A stretch of DNA of 63,170 nt, counting the filler, from Octopus bimaculoides (lineage: Eukaryota): assembly GCF_001194135.2 (NCBI RefSeq). It is 7 parts of 5 records of this genome, joined end to end, with 100 filler letters (N's around TTAATTAATTAA, not from the genome) between each part and the next. Parts side by side here need not be neighbours in the genome. Positions count along the whole stretch, not along the records: positions 58,494 to 63,170 come from NC_068985.1; 6 more parts are not named here. One strand, 5' to 3'. Made by a program: the position numbers and the translations under genes. Positions 60,561-63,170 of the stretch are shown piece by piece. The notes beneath the pieces are model-generated. The model saw only the letters and a program-made list of their open reading frames with translations, was not told the DNA's origin and did no database searches. Numbering within the stretch: position 1 is the stretch's first letter; each line of letters opens with the position of its first letter.

Positions 60561-60919
60561 GATTAAAAGTTTCTGTAGAGAATTAGAAATGAAAGAAGAG
60601 TGCTCTGTATAGTCAAATAGAGCTGGGTGCTATTATTAATAGAATCTACTGGCACGGTTAGGGGTATCTTAAATTTCACATTCCATATTTGTAGACAATT
60701 ATTTAATACCTACATTTCAGTCCCAAATAAGAAGGTAGTCTTATTTGTGATTGATGGCAGATCTATAAGAAACATAGGCATCACAAAAGGTCTGCAGAAA
60801 TGAATTTTGAAACCTAAGGTACCCCTAAATGTGCTGGCAGACTCTATTAATAATATGTGTGTGTGTGTGCCAGTGCCACAAATATTTATACACACACACA
60901 AGCACACATTTTTTATCTT

Positions 60920-61185
60920 TTACTCATTTCAGTCATTAGACTACAGCCATGCTGGGACACTGCCTTGAAGAAATTTAGACCAGTGAATGGATTCCAGAAT
61001 TTTACCCATGCAGGTAAAAAGTACACTGTAAAGTGGTTGGTGTTAGGAAGGGCATCTAACTGTAGAAATTATGCCAAAACAGACAGCTGGAGCCTGGACA
61101 ACTCTCCAGCTGACAAATTCCTGTAAAACCATCTAACCCATGCCCACATGGAAAGCAGATATTAAATGATGATGATGATGATGCA
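60920..61185. mobile_element. SINE tail (-) abutting an RTE-tailed repeat (+)
   Basis: TTTCAGTCATTAGACTACAGCCATGCTGG then GGTTGGTGTTAGGAAGGGCATC..TAAATGATGATGATGATGATG. Confidence 0.75.
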
Positions 61186-61671
61186 TGTGTGTGTGTGTGC
61201 GTGCACGCGCACGCATTTACATTTCCCAGAAAATCTCTAGCTACATGTAGTTGTCATTTCTTCTGTCAAAAATATTGTTTGTTGGCCTTCAAACACATGG
61301 GGAATATAAGATCCTGTCTTAGAAAAACAGATGAGGGTTAGTAATAGGAAGGGCATCCAGCTATAGAAATCATACTAAAGCTTATGTTAGAGCATGATGC
61401 AACCTTGTGGTTTGCTGGATCCTGTCAGATGGTCTAAACCATGAGGGCATGGATAATGAACATTAATTGATGATGATGACATGTAGAGAATGCTTAGAGT
61501 TTTTAATTCTAATTTTATTTACTTCACAAGAATTATTAACAACAGGTATTTTAGGTTTAAGGAGCATTAAAACAAAAGGAAAAATGAGTGAGGGAAAGAG
61601 AGGTGACAAAAAGATTATGAAGTAAACAAAAATTTGATGCTGAAAATACTTTTTTTAAATATTAAAGTTAC

Positions 61672-62083
61672 CTCTGTTGTCGCTGTATCAATGAGCCAAA
61701 GAGACAGCTTTGGTAAAAGGACAATGGATAATCACTTGGCTTAAGACAATTGTGCTCCAACAGGAGATGTATCCCTCTTTGTGGTCCCATACGCTGGATA
61801 AACAACCGATACACAGAATCCAAAGTCAAAGGAGAAGGAACAAATATCTGTGATGTGAGTTCTTTGTGTGTTTCACTCAAGTTCTCAGAGTCTTGTTCAG
61901 TATTAGGAAGGCTTTCTTCAAGAGACTTGTACTCTTCTAATGAAAAAACACCACAGTCTTTGTAACATTTCATTACTGCATCAATCAGAGAAGATCGGAA
62001 GGCATTTGTATCATCCTCTGCTGATTGCATTTTCTTTTGATCAAGCAGATAGAGCCATTCCTCTTCACTCTCAGGAGCATAAC
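61672..62083 (-). CDS. HPS5: HPS5-like (BLOC-2 subunit) 412-nt exon
   Basis: Acceptor TTTTACTTAATCACTATAG|G, donor AG|GTAACT; 136 open codons. YAPESEEEWLYLL approx. human WIPETVEEWKLLL; SPLTLDSVYRLFIQRMGPQRGIHLL approx. [25 protein letters not shown] (from memory of HPS5). Confidence 0.88.
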
Positions 62084-62379
62084 CTATAGTGATTAAGTAA
62101 AATTAAAGATATTTCAAATTTTAAAATTTGCAAACATTCTTAATTTTTTGTATTTATTTGTATATAATATATACTCATGTTTAATATGCACCAGTAAATT
62201 ATAAACAATGAAATTTCATGTATAACAGAAACTGTCTTTTGTTTATTATTATTGCTGTATGGAAAACTGATGTGAGATATATCAAAATTGCTGTTTAAAA
62301 TACACTGCAAAAGTTAACACATCCTAAACTAAATAAAAAGTAAATTCAAAAGTGACCTTCAAACTTTCTTGATATAGAC

Positions 62380-62636
62380 CAGTGGTTCTCAATCAAGATC
62401 TATATGGCCCTTGGGGGTTCATACAAGATTTTGTTGTTAAAATTTATCTGCAATAATTTGGTTATACTTCTACAATACATAAAATATTTTAACAATTCTT
62501 TTTTATACAATTCCTAAAAATATTTAATTATAAAAATATCATAGGATTTTTTTAAACATCAAATTGTTAGGAGGGACTATTCAAGTAAAGTAGGAATCCG
62601 AGGGGTTCATAAATAAAAAATGGTTGGGAAACACTG
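62380..62636. mobile_element. 257-bp hAT/Charlie-type MITE
   Basis: TIRs CAGTGGTTCTCAATC / reverse complement CAGTGTTTCCCAACC; 8-bp TSD ATATAGAC vs ATCTAGGC (6/8). Confidence 0.85.
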
Positions 62637-62720
62637 ATCTAGGCTATAAAACTGCACCTACTGCAAAATCAACATCACAGAAATCTAACAAACATATTGT
62701 CATATAAAATGTGATTTCCT

Positions 62721-62935
62721 TTAACCCTTTAGCATTCAGATTTCTCTATCAAATATAATACTTATTTATTCACATTGATTTGAATTAGACATGCAATATC
62801 TTGTTGCTCTGAGATTTTGATGATGTGATTACTTATTTTAAAAATAACAATAAAGCATAGGTATGCGAGGCCAGAATCTAGCTGATTTGAACACAAAACA
62901 GGTGGAATATTTTGGCCAGATATGGCTGGCTTAAA
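62721..62935. mobile_element. piggyBac-like MITE, right end degraded
   Basis: Starts TTAACCCTTTAGCATTCAGA; body recognised from memory as an abundant octopus MITE; matching right TIR not seen. Confidence 0.6.
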
Positions 62936-63170
62936 CCAAGTTCTATGTATATTTTTCTAAATGTGTGTGTTCGTGTTTATGTATGTGTGAGTAAATATAT
63001 TTAACTAATAATATATAAAATAGAGATGTGTACATATTCACTTTTCACATGAAAATGGCTTCACCAATTGCTTTCATACTTGTGATGCATGAATAATTTG
63101 ACTTTGGACAAATAATAGGCTGTTCATTTGAATTTTTTATTAACAATTATCTATATATATAAAAATGAGA

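Noticed and set aside
60291-61004. 21-bp direct repeat TGAATGGATTCCAGAATTTTA next to two SINE tails
   Set aside because: Could be a subfamily feature or small local duplication; no further structure supports a distinct element.

Overview
This is AT-rich, repeat-dominated eukaryotic DNA from a gapped short-read scaffold. The SINE/LINE/MITE repertoire and dense (TA)n/(CA)n/(TAA)n microsatellites point to an Octopus genome (inference from repeat families, no database search run). The only well-supported host gene is the 3' part of an HPS5 (BLOC-2 subunit) homologue on the minus strand: three spliced exons at 62083-61672, 60169-60094 and 59263-59195 with matching phases; the terminal exon was not found. 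The rest is fossil mobile DNA: mariner/Tc1 remnants, hAT (Charlie-like) and piggyBac-like MITEs, RTE LINE fragments, two R4/Dong-type non-LTR fragments in (TAA)n tracts, about ten Penelope-like (PLE) fragments and several tRNA-derived SINE families, often nested or in tandem. The most interesting signal is a set of seven type I hammerhead-ribozyme-like motifs with short or palindromic stem III. One has an intact core and lies inside a ~348-bp direct-repeat unit (retrozyme or pseudo-LTR-like); another has an A6-to-U core variant with perfect stems. Several long foldback hairpins, CpG-decay domains and an assembly filler (TTAATTAATTAA inside N gaps) are also visible. Most ORFs in the supplied track are microsatellite or gap artefacts. 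All translations, folds and alignments were done by eye, and repeat boundaries are approximate unless TSD/TIR positions are given.
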